Assembly (NCBI RefSeq): GCF_009914755.1
Contig: NC_060944.1
Origin: the human T2T-CHM13v2.0 reference genome, Homo sapiens
Length of the DNA: 64,000 nt
Strand: one strand, 5' to 3'
The position numbers were made by a program, and so were the translations under genes. This document shows, one piece after another, positions 1 through 14,460 of the stretch. The stretch's first letter is position 1. Every line of letters begins with the position of its first letter. The notes beneath the pieces were generated by a model, which saw nothing but the letters and a program-made list of their open reading frames with translations, did no database searches and was not told where the DNA came from.

Positions 1-45
1 CAGAGGAGAGAGAGAGAGAGAGACACTTTGGAAAGTAGATTTAAG

Positions 46-162
46 CTAGGTGATGGGTTGGTAGGTGCAGCAAACCACCATGTCACACGTTTACCTATGT
101 AACAAACCTGCATGTCCTGCACTTATATCCTGGAACCTAAAATAAAATAAAATTTAAAAAAA
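46..162 (+). mobile_element. Heavily 5'-truncated L1 3' end (older primate L1PA/L1PB type)
   Basis: GGTGCAGCAAACCACCATG..CACGTTTACCTATGTAACAAACCTGCA.. L1 3'UTR terminus with A-rich tail; TSD gaaagtagatttaa (31-44) / gaaagtagttttaa (163-176). Confidence 0.85.
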
Positions 163-1624
163 GAAAGTAGTTTTAAAAGGCAGCTGTTTGAGAGGCAATG
201 AGAGTCTCTGTTGAGAGTGAGAAAAAATTGCCAAGAAATTCATGTTGGCTCAGCAAGTAAACTACCCCTGAAGAAGCTGATTAATGTTTAATTTCCACCC
301 ACCCCAGTGTTCGGGCTCTGGGGACTGAAGGAGGCCACCCGAGATAAGCATGCAGGGCCCCCTCATGAGAGACCCACCATCTCCAGCTGTCACTCTATTA
401 CCCCATTTCATGGATTCACTTTGAAATTACGATGGGAAGTTGATGCCTCGAAGTGTCTGCCTTTTGGACACCAACTTCCTCTTGTGTCTGGAGCCATCAG
501 GTACACATTCACTGTTGCCCGGATCAAGGGCCTCTCCTTGGGCCCTGGCCCCAGGGCCAGAGCTGCACCAGCGCTCTCAGCTCCCCCAAGCCCCCTACGC
601 CCACCTTCCACCGCATGGGAACACAGCCAGCATTGCCAGATCTTTTGACTTTTCCAGAGAAGCTGCAGATGACAAATTGTAGCTCCATCTGGGGCTTCAT
701 AATTCAACTCCTAAGTTGCATTGCCAAAGGGTGGCAAATGCCACGGCCCTCTTCTGGAAGGGCCCACGTCTTTGCCCACAGACAGTATTTACCAAACATG
801 CCGACGTAGCCTCCTAAGCAGATGTGAGGGCCGTCTGGCCCAGCCAGGTGTCTTCTCCCACCCTCTCCTCCCTTGCCGGCCTCCTCCTTCCCGTCCTTGT
901 CGCCAGGCTGTAGCTGGCCTCAGGGGCCCCATCTCCAGTTGCCATTTCAGACCCTTTCCGTTGAGGGATTTCTGGGCCCGTTGAGGTATTTCTAGGCCCC
1001 GTTGCCTCCAACATTTCTTCTTCCAAGGCCATGTAGAGAATGGCTTGGTGTTTCTAATTAGGGGAGCATTTTGTTCCTGGGTTTTTGTTATTGCAGAAGG
1101 AATTTCCATTGCACTTAGAATGGCAGAGACTTTGCACAGTGTCATTGTGTGCCCTCGGGCGGAAGCCGGGCCTTGTTAAGGAGACGCCAGTGTTTCTGCA
1201 GTGCCATCACCAGGCCCAGAACAAGGGCGTCCTCAGCTTCCCAGAAGAGGCCAGTAAGTGTCAGGAAAGAACGTCCCTCCCCCTGAATGTGAACTAGCCG
1301 GAGAGAGAACAGGGCCGGTGGCGCACAGCCCCTGGCAGATCATCCGAAACCTGACGTCTGCTGAGGGGGAACAACTTTGCCCTGGGCACCTGGGAAAAAT
1401 GAGAGCATAGCCTGCCACCTGGCACTGTGACCATCAGACACGGTGGACACCGAGCAAAAATAAGGGTCCCGGGAACAGCTGGGGCTGTGCAACTCCACCA
1501 CCATCTGGAAGTAGCGAGCCATGGGCCCTGCGGAGTGGGAGGAGCAGCAGGGAGCTTTGGAGTCTCGTCCATCTTCTGAGCGAGGCCTCCTTTGCACTTC
1601 AATTCTGAGAACATTTTCTAAAAG

Positions 1625-1870
1625 CACCTCCCGTGCGAGGTACTGTTGTGAGGGTTTTGCGTGTATTCACCTATGGAATCCCCGTGAACACCTTTCCAGG
1701 TAGGGCAGGGGTGTCTGACGATGTCTAGAGACATCTTTGGTTGTCACAGCTGGAGGGAGTTGCTGGCCTCTGGGGACAGAGGTTGAGGATCCCTGAGGCA
1801 GATATTGGTATCATTAGCCCCATTTTACAGATGGAAAGACTGACAGAGAGAGATTCAGGGCCCCACTTAG
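1625..1870 (-). mobile_element. MIR fragment interrupted by a MER20 fragment (~1705-1795)
   Basis: MIR core cccattttacagatggaaagactga; MER20-like atgtctagagacatctttggttgtcacagctgg. Confidence 0.55.
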
Positions 1871-4078
1871 GGGCACCCGGGACTCTCTGTGCAGGAACCT
1901 CTGCTTCTCCGTGGCCCACTGTGTGCCCCACTGACCTGGGTGCATCCCTGCCAGCCCCCACACTCATCTCTCCACCTGGGCAGAGACCATCCTGTTGAAT
2001 GCTCGAGAGATCCCTTGTAAGAAGGCTGCATGCACAGCACACGGTGTTGGGACCTCTTGGTTCCCCGAATTAAATGATTTGGGAGAACTTTCCAAAGCAG
2101 CAGTCAGAGAAAACCCCACCCTACCGATTCGGTGTCGGGGGAGCACGGGCCAAACTCAATAGAGGCTTTTTGTCTAAACCTCACACTCTTGGATCATAAA
2201 AAGAACATCTGCATTTTCATATATTTTAACGTTTAATAATCCAAGAAGTGTGAATAATAAACACTTGGATGGGGCCGATTTCTTCCCTTCTCCCACCAGA
2301 CAGGACTCGGTCAGAAGCTTCCAGATGCTGGAGCTCTCATGACCGTGCCAGGGACCTCTTTCAAGAAGGAGGAATGGCACCGAGGAGCCCAGCAGGGCGT
2401 CTAGCTGCTTCGCAGAGTAAGGCACAGATGGCAAAATTTCATGCCAGGTTACCAAGGGTGCTGTAGGTTTCATAATTGCAAGAGTCTGTTTTTTTTCCCT
2501 TGATCCTGCTATGTTGGGCAGTGACCACCATCTGTTAAATACCTTGCAAAAAGCCTTCTCAACAGCTGGGCCATTCTGTACATTTCATCTCTGCCTGGAA
2601 GGAGGAGGGAGAAACAGCCTCATCAGTAAACACCAGCAAGCCACCAGCTGCTACCACCGTGTCCTGCAAGAGTCCGACCCCAAATTCCTCTCCCTGGAGC
2701 CCCTCCTTCCTGAAGCCCCTTTCAGAGGGATAGAATGTTTTCTTTACCAGTTAGCACTCAGGAGTAAAGTGCCTGGGAACACAAATGAAAGGGTTACTCT
2801 CTTTGCAGCATTTTGCTGACTTGCTAAGGTGCATGAAGATAGACCCCACTCATTTTTAAACAAAAGGGAGAAATGGGCTCCTCTCATACAGGCAAGATCT
2901 GGGGCCACAATCCTGTTTTCAGCACTTGGCTTACACCCTAAACTGTGATAAACAGTTCTTTTGTCCTCAAAATTCAGATGAGATTGAATCTCTTCCTGCA
3001 ACGCAGTTCACCTGCAGCCTGGGAAAGTGTTCTAGTGCCATCTTGAGCTGCTTTGTGGAAGGGACCCGAATGATCCAGAAACTGCTGGACCTTGTTTGCA
3101 AGGCTGTCACCCAAGGCATCAAGCTGCTGTCTGTCTCCAGGTTTCCAGACCCTTGGCATCTACTCCCCTTTGAATTCTCAGGTGACCTTATTGACCCCAC
3201 ATCAAGTGGGAATGCGCTGAGACCTTTGGAGGTGGCCGTTTGAGAGAAGCCAGCCACGCTCACCTCCCTCCTCCCACCCTCCCTGAGGCCCTGGAGGCAC
3301 GACTCACTCTAGCAAAGGAGGTAGCCCCTGATGGGAGCAGGCAGAATTAACTCAGGGGTCAGCCCTGGCCCTGCCCTCTTTGAGCTCTTCAAACATCATT
3401 TAACAGCAATTAGGTAATTGGGGAAGGTAGATTTCCTGAGAATTAGTCCAGGATTGGGGTTAAGAGGCCTTGTATGTGGAATAGAAGGGAAATGGCCAGG
3501 CAGAGACTTCTTGTGAACAAAAGCTGTCCCTTCTACTCTGTTTTCCTTCCAGCTAATCAGCCACCCACACTCCATCTCCAAGTCACTGCCTGGGAGCTTT
3601 CAGCATCTTGTATGGGCCTCACATTGTCCAGGCCCAGGTGCCCCACTCAGCAGGGCTCCAGTTTCAGCAGCCCCAGGCAGAGTTCTGTCTAATTTATGCA
3701 ATTCCGTTTAACACGGCAGAACCCAGGGCGAGTGGGGCCTCTGCAGCCTGTCCTTGGCCAGCTCCCACACCTGCAGTGCCTCAGTGCGCCCAGGGTACCC
3801 CGAGTCCCTTATAGAGGCTGGCACATCCTCATTGCATGCCACTCTCTGCCCTTGCCCCACACATGGGAAACCAGGGTGTTTTCCGGATGCTGCTGTAAGA
3901 TAATGCCAAGAGACTCCTCTCAAAGCTTTCCTCGAAGGAGCAGGGTGATCTGTGTCTTGGGTAAAAGTAAGCATATTCTGTGGTGCTCTGATTAGGGTAG
4001 GATTAAAGTTTTTATTTTGTTTATTTTACATGGCATTTATTAAACATTGCTTTATAATGAAGAATAATACTCATATGG

Positions 4079-4297
4079 CACTGGTTCACAACCAAGGGAG
4101 GTGGTTTGCCCTCCAGAAAACACGTGGCAACATCGGGAGACATTTTTGGTTGTCACAATTGGGTGGGAAGTTGGGTGCTCCTGGCATCTAGTGGATATAG
4201 GCCCAGGACGCTGCTAAACACCGTCCAATGCATGGGACAGCCCCCTACAACAGAGTCACCTGGCCTGTAGGGCCAGTAGCGCTGAAGTCAAGATCTG
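4079..4297 (+). mobile_element. MER20 (hAT-Charlie MITE)
   Basis: gagacatttttggttgtcacaa..ctggcatctagtgg..gctgctaaaca matches the recalled MER20 consensus. Confidence 0.8.
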
Positions 4298-4365
4298 ACC
4301 TGACATGCAGCAAATTGTGAGAATCTTAAGTGTGTATGTCAGTGTGTTTTTACATATAGATACTC

Positions 4366-4827
4366 TGGGTTAGTTTCCTAATGCTGCTGTTAAAAATTAC
4401 AAACTTAGTGGCTTGAAGCAACACAAATGTATTTGTTGTTAGTTCTGGCGTCAGAAGTCTTAAAATCAAGGTGTCAGCAGGAGTGCATGCCTGCAGAGGC
4501 TTTAGGGATGAATCTGTTTCCCTGCCTTTTCCAGGATCCAGGGGCCACCTGCATTCCTTGGCTCATGGTCCCATCCTCCATCTTCCAAGCCAGCAGTGTA
4601 GCATCCTTAAATGCTCCTCTCTCTCTGATCCTCCTGTGTCCATCTTATAAGGCTCCTTGTGATGACATTGGGCCCACCCAGATAATCCAGGAGGATCTCC
4701 CCATATCAAGATCCTTAACCTAATCACATCTGAAAAGTCCCTGTTGCCATGTAAGGTGACATGCCTACAGGTTCAGGGTTTAGATTTAAGACATGGACAT
4801 CTTTGGGGCTGTTATTCAGCCCTCCAC
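4366..4827 (-). mobile_element. MLT1C-like MaLR solo LTR, inserted in an old L1M fragment (~4305-4950)
   Basis: ttagtttccta..aaacttagtggcttgaagcaaca..gggcccacccagataatccagga..aatcacatctg..ccaca end. Confidence 0.8.
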
Positions 4828-5994
4828 ATAGACTCCAATCAAAGTGAACAGTACGTCTGTGATCCAGAGGCTCCTGTGTGCCTCCTTTCCACCAGAACCT
4901 CCCCAGCACCATTCTGACCTGTATCACCATAGAACACTTTGCCTGTTCTTAGGGTGAATGATTTTTAAAAACAAATCTCTCTTTATTAAAGCCTACATTT
5001 GAAACATTAATACAATTATGAAGAGATCCCACCATTGGATCGCTAGAAAGCTACAGAGAAATTCTTAAGCTGAACATTCAAACCCAGGTTAGAAACAACC
5101 AGAACTTAATTAGAGTGAGACGTGGTTATTTTACAGCGAGACAGATTCACATTAATCATGGGATGGGAGGGCCGGGGAAGGAGGAATGAGAGATGAGATG
5201 TACATTCCAGTAATTAAATATGTTCTCAGAGGAGCAAACCGTGGCGGAATTGCAAAGATGCTTAACGTAGCTTTCTAAGCCACTGGCGCCAGTGTACAAA
5301 TTGTCCTCTGGGTGAGGAGCACGGAGATTCGGCTACTCCATGGGTCTAGAATGTTAGGTTTGATGATGGCCAATTGCACTTCATCCAACAAATACTGCAG
5401 TGGGACTTATTGCCAATCCCCAAGGTTCAGGGAGTAGGGGGTCAGGGCCGGAATGTGAAAGTGACCAGACCTAGGCATTATCGGAGCTCACTATCTGTGG
5501 AGAGAGGTGGTCACCTAAATGGTGTGTGATACGTCATGCTTGGTGCCAGAGCTTCGGGCTGGGAGGGCAGGGGCATCTGTGAGGGCCATAGGAGAGAAGC
5601 AGAGCTGGGCACCCCAGGGAGAGGCGCGGGTGGGCACATGCGGCCCCACCATGAAGAGCCCCGTGTGCCTGGCAAGTCGTTGGCAAGGCCTGTGCTTGGT
5701 GGGTTCTGAGCAGGCTCCTACTGTTCTAGACCAAAGCAGGAAAGTTGAAGGCCCACTAGGAGGTAAAATACAATGCCTGATAGGAGAGGGTGGTGCCTGA
5801 ACTGGAGAAGTCACAGGATGGAGAGAGCAGGTGGAGATGGATTCAGAGGGTTGGGGAATGATTGCATTCTGCAGAGCCAGTGAGGCCCATGGCTGGGATG
5901 TTGGGGTGATGGTGATCCAGACAAGAGCTACTCACAGGGAAGTGGAAGGGACAGCGATGAATCTTGCTTCAAAGCACATTCCCTAGGATTGGGT

Positions 5995-6790
<796 letters not shown>

Positions 6791-8269
6791 TGTGTCTTTG
6801 AATTTTCAAGGTGCTGTGTTAGTATGATGGTTGTGAAGCCTGAGATGAGAAGAAGCCATGAGACACCAGATAAAGCCATCAGAGGAGCAATGTTTTGCCA
6901 ACCAATGGCTCAGAGCCCACCCTGTCCCCACCCTGCCACTAGGAACCCTTGCCCAGTTCTAGAGGAGGCAAAATCATGGATGTGTCACTGGCTAATGTCC
7001 TTGTCCAAGAGTGACCCAAAGGCAGGTAGAGTTTCCCGGAAGACCATGTTACCTGCCTTCATGGGCAGAATAAATTTCTCCTTTACCTATCTAGAGAGTC
7101 TTACCCAGGCAGCTCAGAGACCCCTGTGCTCAGGCTGCTCCTGGTGGGGTGAGGGGTAGATGGCAAACACCCAGCCGAGGGTCCTGTCTCCCCTCCCCGT
7201 GAGACCCCAGGGCCCCACCATCTGGGGCACGCTGGCTGCTTTCCCTGCCCAGCATGTCCAGCGGGCTGCCTTGATGAGCTCACCCTGGAACATACAGAGC
7301 CTCTTCACATGTTTTTCTTTTTCTCTTCTTATTAAAACAATAATAGCTTGACTACAAAACTATTAATCTGGCAGTAAATTATGGGAAATTTATTGCTATG
7401 GTTGTTTTTCAAAAATTGGCCATATTATCCCAGAGGAGGTACAATTAAACATTGAAGAATAAAAGTCACAAATGATTTGGACGGCGCCTCTTGTCTGAAG
7501 GTTTCAGAGACCGCCTATCCTTTTTCCATCAAATGCTCTGCAGATGGCCTCAGATGCTGAGACGTGGCAGAACTCAGTCCAAGGATAACCATGAAGTTGT
7601 CCATGGAATGATTGCGCCTCATTCCTTGCTGTTCCCTGTTGCTCTTGCAGCCTCCTGTTTGTGTTTCAGAGCATGCTTATTGTGTGGTAGGAACTAGGAG
7701 CCAACAGGGTTCCTAAAGGTAGCTTGATCTTGACCAGCGGGCTTCCAGTACAGTCAAGATATTGCCAGAACCGCCAGGAATTGGGTAACTGATGAGAGAA
7801 GAGAAGAAAATCTTGTAAATAGAAATGCCGAAGATGGTGAGAAAATGAGAGAAAGAATGACAGTGTAGGTTAAAGAGGGTCCCAATGACAGAATCCTCCC
7901 AAAAAGATGTTCAAAGAGGGAAAAGTACACTTGGATTCTGGAGAAGAGGGTTCTTTACTGTGCCTGGGGTCGTGGTAGTCATAGCAATCTGGGACAGGGT
8001 GTCTACATATTTGGGGCCCTGGGATCGTGCAGAATCATGGAGAGTATAATCCCAAATAAAGGCGCTGGACAACACCACTTGTAGATTTCAGGGAAGGAGA
8101 GAGATGGCAGCCACTGGTGTGGTCCAGTGCAAAGAGTGGCTGAAGGTCTTAGGTAGGGGAGATGCTCCCCAAAAGAGCAGGCACTGGGGAGGAGTGTCCT
8201 GTGGTTGTAGCCAAGGTGAAGTGGAGACAAGTTTGAGTAGATGCTGGGGGTCTTGAAAGCCACCCAGAG

Positions 8270-8400
8270 AATGTCATTTGTTCATTCCTTCCACCCACAT
8301 CCACTGGGCACCCACTATATGCCAAGCACTGTGCAGGGCAGAGAGCAAACCCTGCCTTGGGCCATTCAGGCTTTGTTCTGTAGGCAGAGCCATGGAGAGC
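8270..8400 (-). mobile_element. L2 3' end fragment
   Basis: ttcattcc..gcacccactatatgccaagcactgtgc. Confidence 0.55.
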
Positions 8401-8757
8401 TGATGAGTGACGGAGGGCCAAGGTGACTCTGGGTTCTAGAGAGACGCTCCAGGCACACTTCTTCCCTTCACCCGGTCATGTTTCCTGACCTCACATCTGG
8501 TGTTATCTTTGTGGGGAAGAATTCTTCGTCTCCCTGTCTCATCCCAACTCAGGATGGGTTCCTTGGAGTAGGCGTGGAGACCGTCTATCCAGACCATCCC
8601 CTGGATGGACCTTGATTTGTGCAGGAGGGGCTCCATGAACATCCTAGCCCCATGAGCCTGCTTTGGACGTCTGCAGATCCAGGTTAGAGTCCAGGCTTTG
8701 CCTCCAGCTCCCCCCATGACAGAGCAAGTCATTTAGTGCCCTGGATTCTAACAGTAG

Positions 8758-8775
8758 CAGCAGCAGCAGCAGCAG
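8758..8775 (+). repeat. (CAG)6 microsatellite
   Basis: Read directly; non-coding, next to a MIR. Confidence 0.9.
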
Positions 8776-8834
8776 CTCTCACCAGGGCAGTGTTCAGACT
8801 CATTCATTCCTTTCTCTTTCATCGCTGGGTCAGC

Positions 8835-9000
8835 CCCCTGCTCACGATCACCTTTGAAGTGGACACTATTAATATTCTTGTTTTACAGAGGAGGAAACTG
8901 AAGACTCAAGAGGTGAAAGAAGTCACTTGCCCCATGGCCACCCAGCCGATGTCACAGATGGGGCTTAGATCTGGGGTTGTCAAGTCCTGCAGCCTTGCAC
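8835..9000 (-). mobile_element. MIR
   Basis: ttttacagaggaggaaactgaagactcaagaggtgaa..cacttgccc core. Confidence 0.75.
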
Positions 9001-11307
9001 CACCTCAACTAAAGGGTTGGCATGTGCTGGGTGAAATGCCAGTTCGGAGTCTGTGACCGTCCTCTCCCGTTTGACATGACTCGGGATGACACTGCAGACG
9101 GAATGAAAAGCCCCACCTGGCTGGCTTTCACATCATGCTCTTCCCTGGTAGCTTCCCAGCCCTGGAGAGCCACAAACAGCGAAACTGTGAGAGAAAGAGG
9201 TTGGCATGGCTATTCCACCACTCTTTCTGTCCTACGTGATTCACTTCTCTCTTGCCCTTCCTAAGCCAGAGCCAGGCCTGTAACTGGAAAGTGGCATCTC
9301 CTTAGTTTTTGACACTGGGATAACTATTCTGGCAAGTTTATTTCTCTGTGAGTTTACTTTTCATCCTGATCTATCCAGTTGGTCTATAAGGACTCTGAGA
9401 GGAGCAGCTGACAGAGAAACAAGAGGAGGGAGGCAGGGCCTGGGGTTCTGGAAGGAGATGGTCGCAGTGGTGGGACAGGAAGATTTTAGTCTGCCCATCG
9501 AGGCTGTGACATGTTCCAGCTCTCTGCTTTTCTAGCATTAGGTTGTGATTAGCCTTGTGGTGAGTCCACCTGGGTCTTTCTGGAAGGTTGCTGTCCTTCC
9601 TGCTTGGGCTATGTATCCAGGATCCTTGGAAGAAACTGTTCTGGTCAGCTGTGAGGAAAGGGACATATCCTAGGCTTTTTCTGCTCGTGGTCACCCCCAG
9701 ACAGCCCCAGCTTCTTCAAGAAGCCTTCAGAGCAGCGAGAAATCATGCAGGAAAACACCTCCTCCCAGCTGTTGGGAAGCCCGGCATTCTATACGAGGAT
9801 TTGTTTCATTTTTTGGATCTTGGTAGAAATACGTAAAACGATGCTCGTAAAAGGCTGGGAAGACGGCTGGACTGCACAGCCGGCCGGGACCCCAATGAAA
9901 TTAAAAATAAACAAGGACAAATGGTGGGAAATTATTGCAAAAATATTTTCTCCGAATTGAGGAGGGCAGTAGGGAGATGAGAAGAAGTAACTTATTGGAG
10001 GTTGGGGAAAGGGCAGGACTTGCTTTAATAAACATCTTACAAGAAAGCCAAGGAGCGTCTTTCTTGGATCCATAACAAGTCGTGCACTCAACATGCTCCA
10101 GGAATACGGCCTAGTGGAATTAACGAAGGAATCTGCGTCCTGTCAACATGTGGTAGCAGGCACTAACGAGCTCACACCCTAAAACGAAGCAGATGGGGCT
10201 TTGTTGGAAGAAAAAGCCTTACATTAGGTTTCAGAGGTATTATAGGATAATGATAATAACACCTATTTTCTGCTTTGTCCAAAGCTTCCCCATCTTTGTC
10301 AATCGGACAGCATCATGAGGATCCTCAGCCACGCTTGATGGACAGGAAGCTGGTGGCTCAGCTGTGAGGCTTATAGGCCTGCCCAGGTAGACGGGGTGGG
10401 AACAGGTGCCGAACCAAGGCTTCCTTCCCTGAGATCCCTTCCAGAAGAAGTAGCTTTTCTGTGACTTCTACATGACAATTCCTTGTTCCTATTCTCCTCT
10501 GGAGTTTGAAAACCAGGGCCAGATATGTTCCATAGGATGCCAAAGTGATCCCTCCCTCCCTACCTCCCTACCTCCAGCTCCTTCCTTCCTTCTTCTCTTC
10601 CTTCCTTCCTTCCCCCCTTCCTTCCTTGCACTGAATTAGTTGCATTTGAAAATGGAGAGAATTCATGTTACAATCCAGATACACAGCTTCTCTGGAAAAG
10701 TTAAATCTGTCAACAATGGCTGTGGTGCTCATAGTAAGACATGGCTGGATAGAGCAGGTGCTTTTCCATTGACAGTCAACCCCAGCCCACATCCATCCTC
10801 ATTTCCTCCTGCCTGCCGCTCTAAGGTGTTGGAGTCTGTAACCTCAGATTCTTGGCCAGAACCCACCTATAACCCACCTATCTGGGGCAAGCACTCTGCC
10901 AAATCTTCAAGGCAAATGAAGAAACAGAGATGGAGAGAATGATCTGGATAACTAAAGGGGGAAGTTTTAGTTCTTGCCAGAATTTGGTGGACAATATGCA
11001 ATGATGTCCACATTCAAGTTCAAGCTCATCACATTCCCACCAAGTCCTCCACAGCTTGAATTTACATGAAACAACTTAAGAGTTTATGGGTGTAGTTCCA
11101 ATCCAGCTAGACTATGTCAAGTTCAGCTCACCTGTTTGGTTATGTTAAGGGTCTTTTAAAAATATCAGTGGAAACTAAATGCTCATCAATAAAGGACTGG
11201 CTAAATGAGATATTGCATAGAGGGAACTCTAATTCGCAGTTAAGATGAATGAACTGCAGCTCTGTTGATATAAATTTAAACACACACACAAAATGATGTT
11301 CTATAAT

Positions 11308-11515
11308 GGGAGATGGCAAAGTACCATCCGGTGCTCGTTTTTGTAAATAAAGTTTTATTGGCACACATCCATACCCATTTGTTTACATATCGTATGTGGC
11401 TGCTTTCACACACAGTGGCAGAGCTGAGTAGCTGCAACAGAGACCATATGGTCCGCAAAGCTGAAAATGTTTCTCAGTGGGCCATTTACAGAAAAATATT
11501 TGCTCTCCACTACCC
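11308..11515. mobile_element. MER58A (hAT-Charlie), within old L1ME-like fragments (~11160-11830)
   Basis: tttttgtaaataaagttttattggcacac..ggcagagctgagtagctgcaacagagacc. Confidence 0.8.
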
Positions 11516-11531
11516 TGTGTTATTTGGACTA

Positions 11532-11602
11532 CATACGTACATATGTATGTATATATACACATTATATATACATATGTATGTGTGTGTATACACACACAGA
11601 GA
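11532..11602. repeat. Mixed (TA)/(TG)/(CA) low-complexity tract
   Basis: Read directly. Confidence 0.8.
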
Positions 11603-13344
11603 GATATTTAAGTTCATGGCAGAGGTTGATTTTGAGTGGTGGTCCAAAGTTAGATCATAAATAGCATCAACTTTTCTTGATCTGAAAATTCTATTTCTCT
11701 AGTTTAAAATAATACTTGGAACAATATGAAGAAATGTTAACAGCTGTCAAATTTCAGTTAAGGATTCACAGGTGTTTGTTTTATTATCTTTTAACTTTTC
11801 TGTGTTTAAAATGTTTTAAATAAAAAATTATTTCATAGAACAAAAAAGTTTTAGGACTGGAACAATTACATCTAAATTATAAAATTCTTAGAGTGACGTT
11901 TATAATTACATGTTTAAAATGATCTACCATAGGGATCTTCTTAACTATTCGGTGTATTATCCCTAGTTTTAGTCTACATTATATGGGAAGACAGGATTTC
12001 TTTTTCAGATTTTCTTATACGTGTATATTTTACAAATTCTCTTCTATATCTTTATAAATAGTTTCCAGGTACAACCGACAAATTATCTTAATTCAGGCAC
12101 CAATTTTCCCTCGTGGTCCTGTTTCACTTGCCCTCAACACAGAAGCAACTAATAGGCCCATCCAAGAACAACAGTCAGTTATGCAACCAGTGCCTTCCAG
12201 CATGTAAATAACCCCGTCTAGAAATCCAGGAAAAATAACCAGCCCTGAGTCTCGTCTCACTTACTCAAATCACATGGACAATTTACGTCCATGAATTGGA
12301 ATTTCAATTTGATCTCAGAGTTTACTTGCGGGGGCCAAGGCACATTATAGTGGGGAGGAAGGGGAGCTGCTGAAGCTAAGAAGAACTGGAATTAAAGTCA
12401 TGCAAAGCAGATGCCGGGACTAGTGGGTGCCAATGCAAGGCAGGTGCTGGGTGGGGCCAGGTGACTTGGGAAGAGTGGGCTCCCCAACCTGGGCCAGCCT
12501 TTGGGCAGCTTAGGGGACAGTGGCCGAGCAGCGGGATCTGGGGTCGGCAGTTGCTCCATCTCCAGCTCTTTCAAGGAATTGAGCGTGGAGTCTGGCAATT
12601 TCAACAGAGTATATCTTCTTCTATACCTGAATGAAGGATTATTCTCAAACTGCTGGGCAGCCAAGTGGGTGTCTTTCGAAAACAGACTTCTGGAATTTCC
12701 CAGACTTCTTGCAAATAATCCACAGTACTTTGTTGGGGTGGAAAAACCTGAATTTCTTCCTACTATGTCTGGAATATATACAGTAAAGTCTTTATGACTT
12801 GACAGGGTGTGCCTGGCCGGGAAGACCTCTGCTCTTGGCCAGGCTGTGTGGCAATGAACTCGGTGATCTGGGGAGATTGGGCCCCTCCAGGGGTCTCTGC
12901 CTGAGGGGTGGGGGGGCTGGGAGTGTCAGGGGCCCCAGCCTTTGTCCTTAGATTTCCTACAAGTCAGATGATCTTGGACGTGGTTTGTGATCACTGCAGA
13001 TGTTGCCAGGTTGGCTGCCAGCTTCTGAGAGGCCTGGATGGAGAATGAAGGAGACAGGGAGAATGAGCAACTGGCTCTGAGACCCAGAGCGGGGCAGGAG
13101 GGGCCCCTTTCCCTGTGTGGGTGTGGCCTCCAACCGGGGGCCCTATGAAGGCCTCTCCCAAGACTCTCTGCAGCCGTATAGTTCCATGACCTCACAGCCA
13201 TCTAGCCTGGCTGGGAGTGTTCATTCGTCTGGCAGCATGAAGTGTCCTTCTCCAGTTCTAATCTGTCTGCAAAGTCCTCAGAACCCAGCTTTCCACACCA
13301 TCCCCCAGACCCGTCACAGCTGCCTGCCCAATCCCCCACAGAGA

Positions 13345-13570
13345 AGTCTTCAGGAGAAGGGACTCGGGTCAGACATAAACCTGGGCTCGAGTCCTGCCTG
13401 CCACTTGCTAGCTCGGTGACCTCAACAAGTACTCAACTTCTCCAAAGCACACATTCATCACCCAGGAAACAGGGATGATCTCAGTTACCGCCTTCTAGGG
13501 GTGTGACAAAGACTCAGGGACATGAGGACCAGAGTTCTGGGCCCATGGCTGGCCTGTAGCACTCAACCTA
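13345..13570 (+). mobile_element. MIR
   Basis: cagacataaacctgggctcgagtcctgcctgccacttgctagctcggtgacctc. Confidence 0.7.
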
Positions 13571-13879
13571 GGATGCCTCCTGAGACCAGAGATGGTTCCA
13601 GTCCTTCTCTACTGGGGAGAGGCACTTTTGCTGATGCCCTCTGTTGGCCTCTGCAGAGCCCCCCTTAGCCTCTGCCCTTCCCAACCGGGGAGGCTGCCAG
13701 GCACAGGCAAGGTCAGGGTCCCGGCCTTCCCTACCGACCCCAGCTGACAGGGGTGAGTTCCAACACCACAGCCTACCTGGGGGTCCTGGCCGGTGGCACG
13801 GCTCCCTCCTCCCTCCCCCAGTCTCGTAGACAATTCCCTTTTCACCCAGGGACCCTCTCTTGCACGCCCCGCATGGCTC

Positions 13880-14460
13880 CGCTCACTCATATGTGGAGCC
13901 TTCCTCTGTGCTGACACCGTCCTATGGGCTGGAAATGGCATTGGCCAAGGAGGCCGGGATGTTAAGGAGAAGGCATTTGGGGGGAGGACCACAGAAGGAA
14001 TGGAAAGGGCGTGCAGGCAGGGGTTAGGACCTCAGCTGAAATAGCACAGGACAGTGTCGGGGTGGCTAGGCCATGCTTCAGGCAGGCTGCTCAGGGAAGG
14101 CTGTCTGGGGAGGAGGGGGCGCGCGGGCTTAAACCTGGCTGGGCAGAAGGAGGCACCTGGCCAGGAAAGGAGGGCATGGGTTTCGGGCCTGGGGAACAGC
14201 CGCTGCGAAGACCCAGTGGAGGGTTGGGGAGGGGGTGTGGGCAAGCCCAGGTCAGGTCCCTGAATTTTGGGGGAGGAGTCAGGATCCACCACTAAGCGGC
14301 CAGAGTGCTGGGGGTTGTTGGAAGGTCTGAGTTCCACTTTAGAAAGCTCACCCCACCCCCCCAACTGGGTGGAGAATGACCTGCAGTGGGAGGGGGAGAG
14401 TAAGAGGGGAGAGAGGGTGATGGCTTGGTCCGGGGTGGGAGACCTGGAAGGAAGGAGACG
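13880..14460 (-). mobile_element. L2 fragment (GC-rich)
   Basis: L2 3' end followed by L2 body motifs tcagggaaggct..ggggaacagc. Confidence 0.5.

Noticed and set aside
5752-5768. CTCF-like motif CCACTAGGAGGTA (and CCCACAGGGGGCAC near 18692)
   Set aside because: Imperfect matches expected by chance in 64 kb; needs ChIP data.
8758-8775. CAG run as polyQ/polyA coding sequence
   Set aside because: Only 6 units, adjacent to a MIR, with no exon context.
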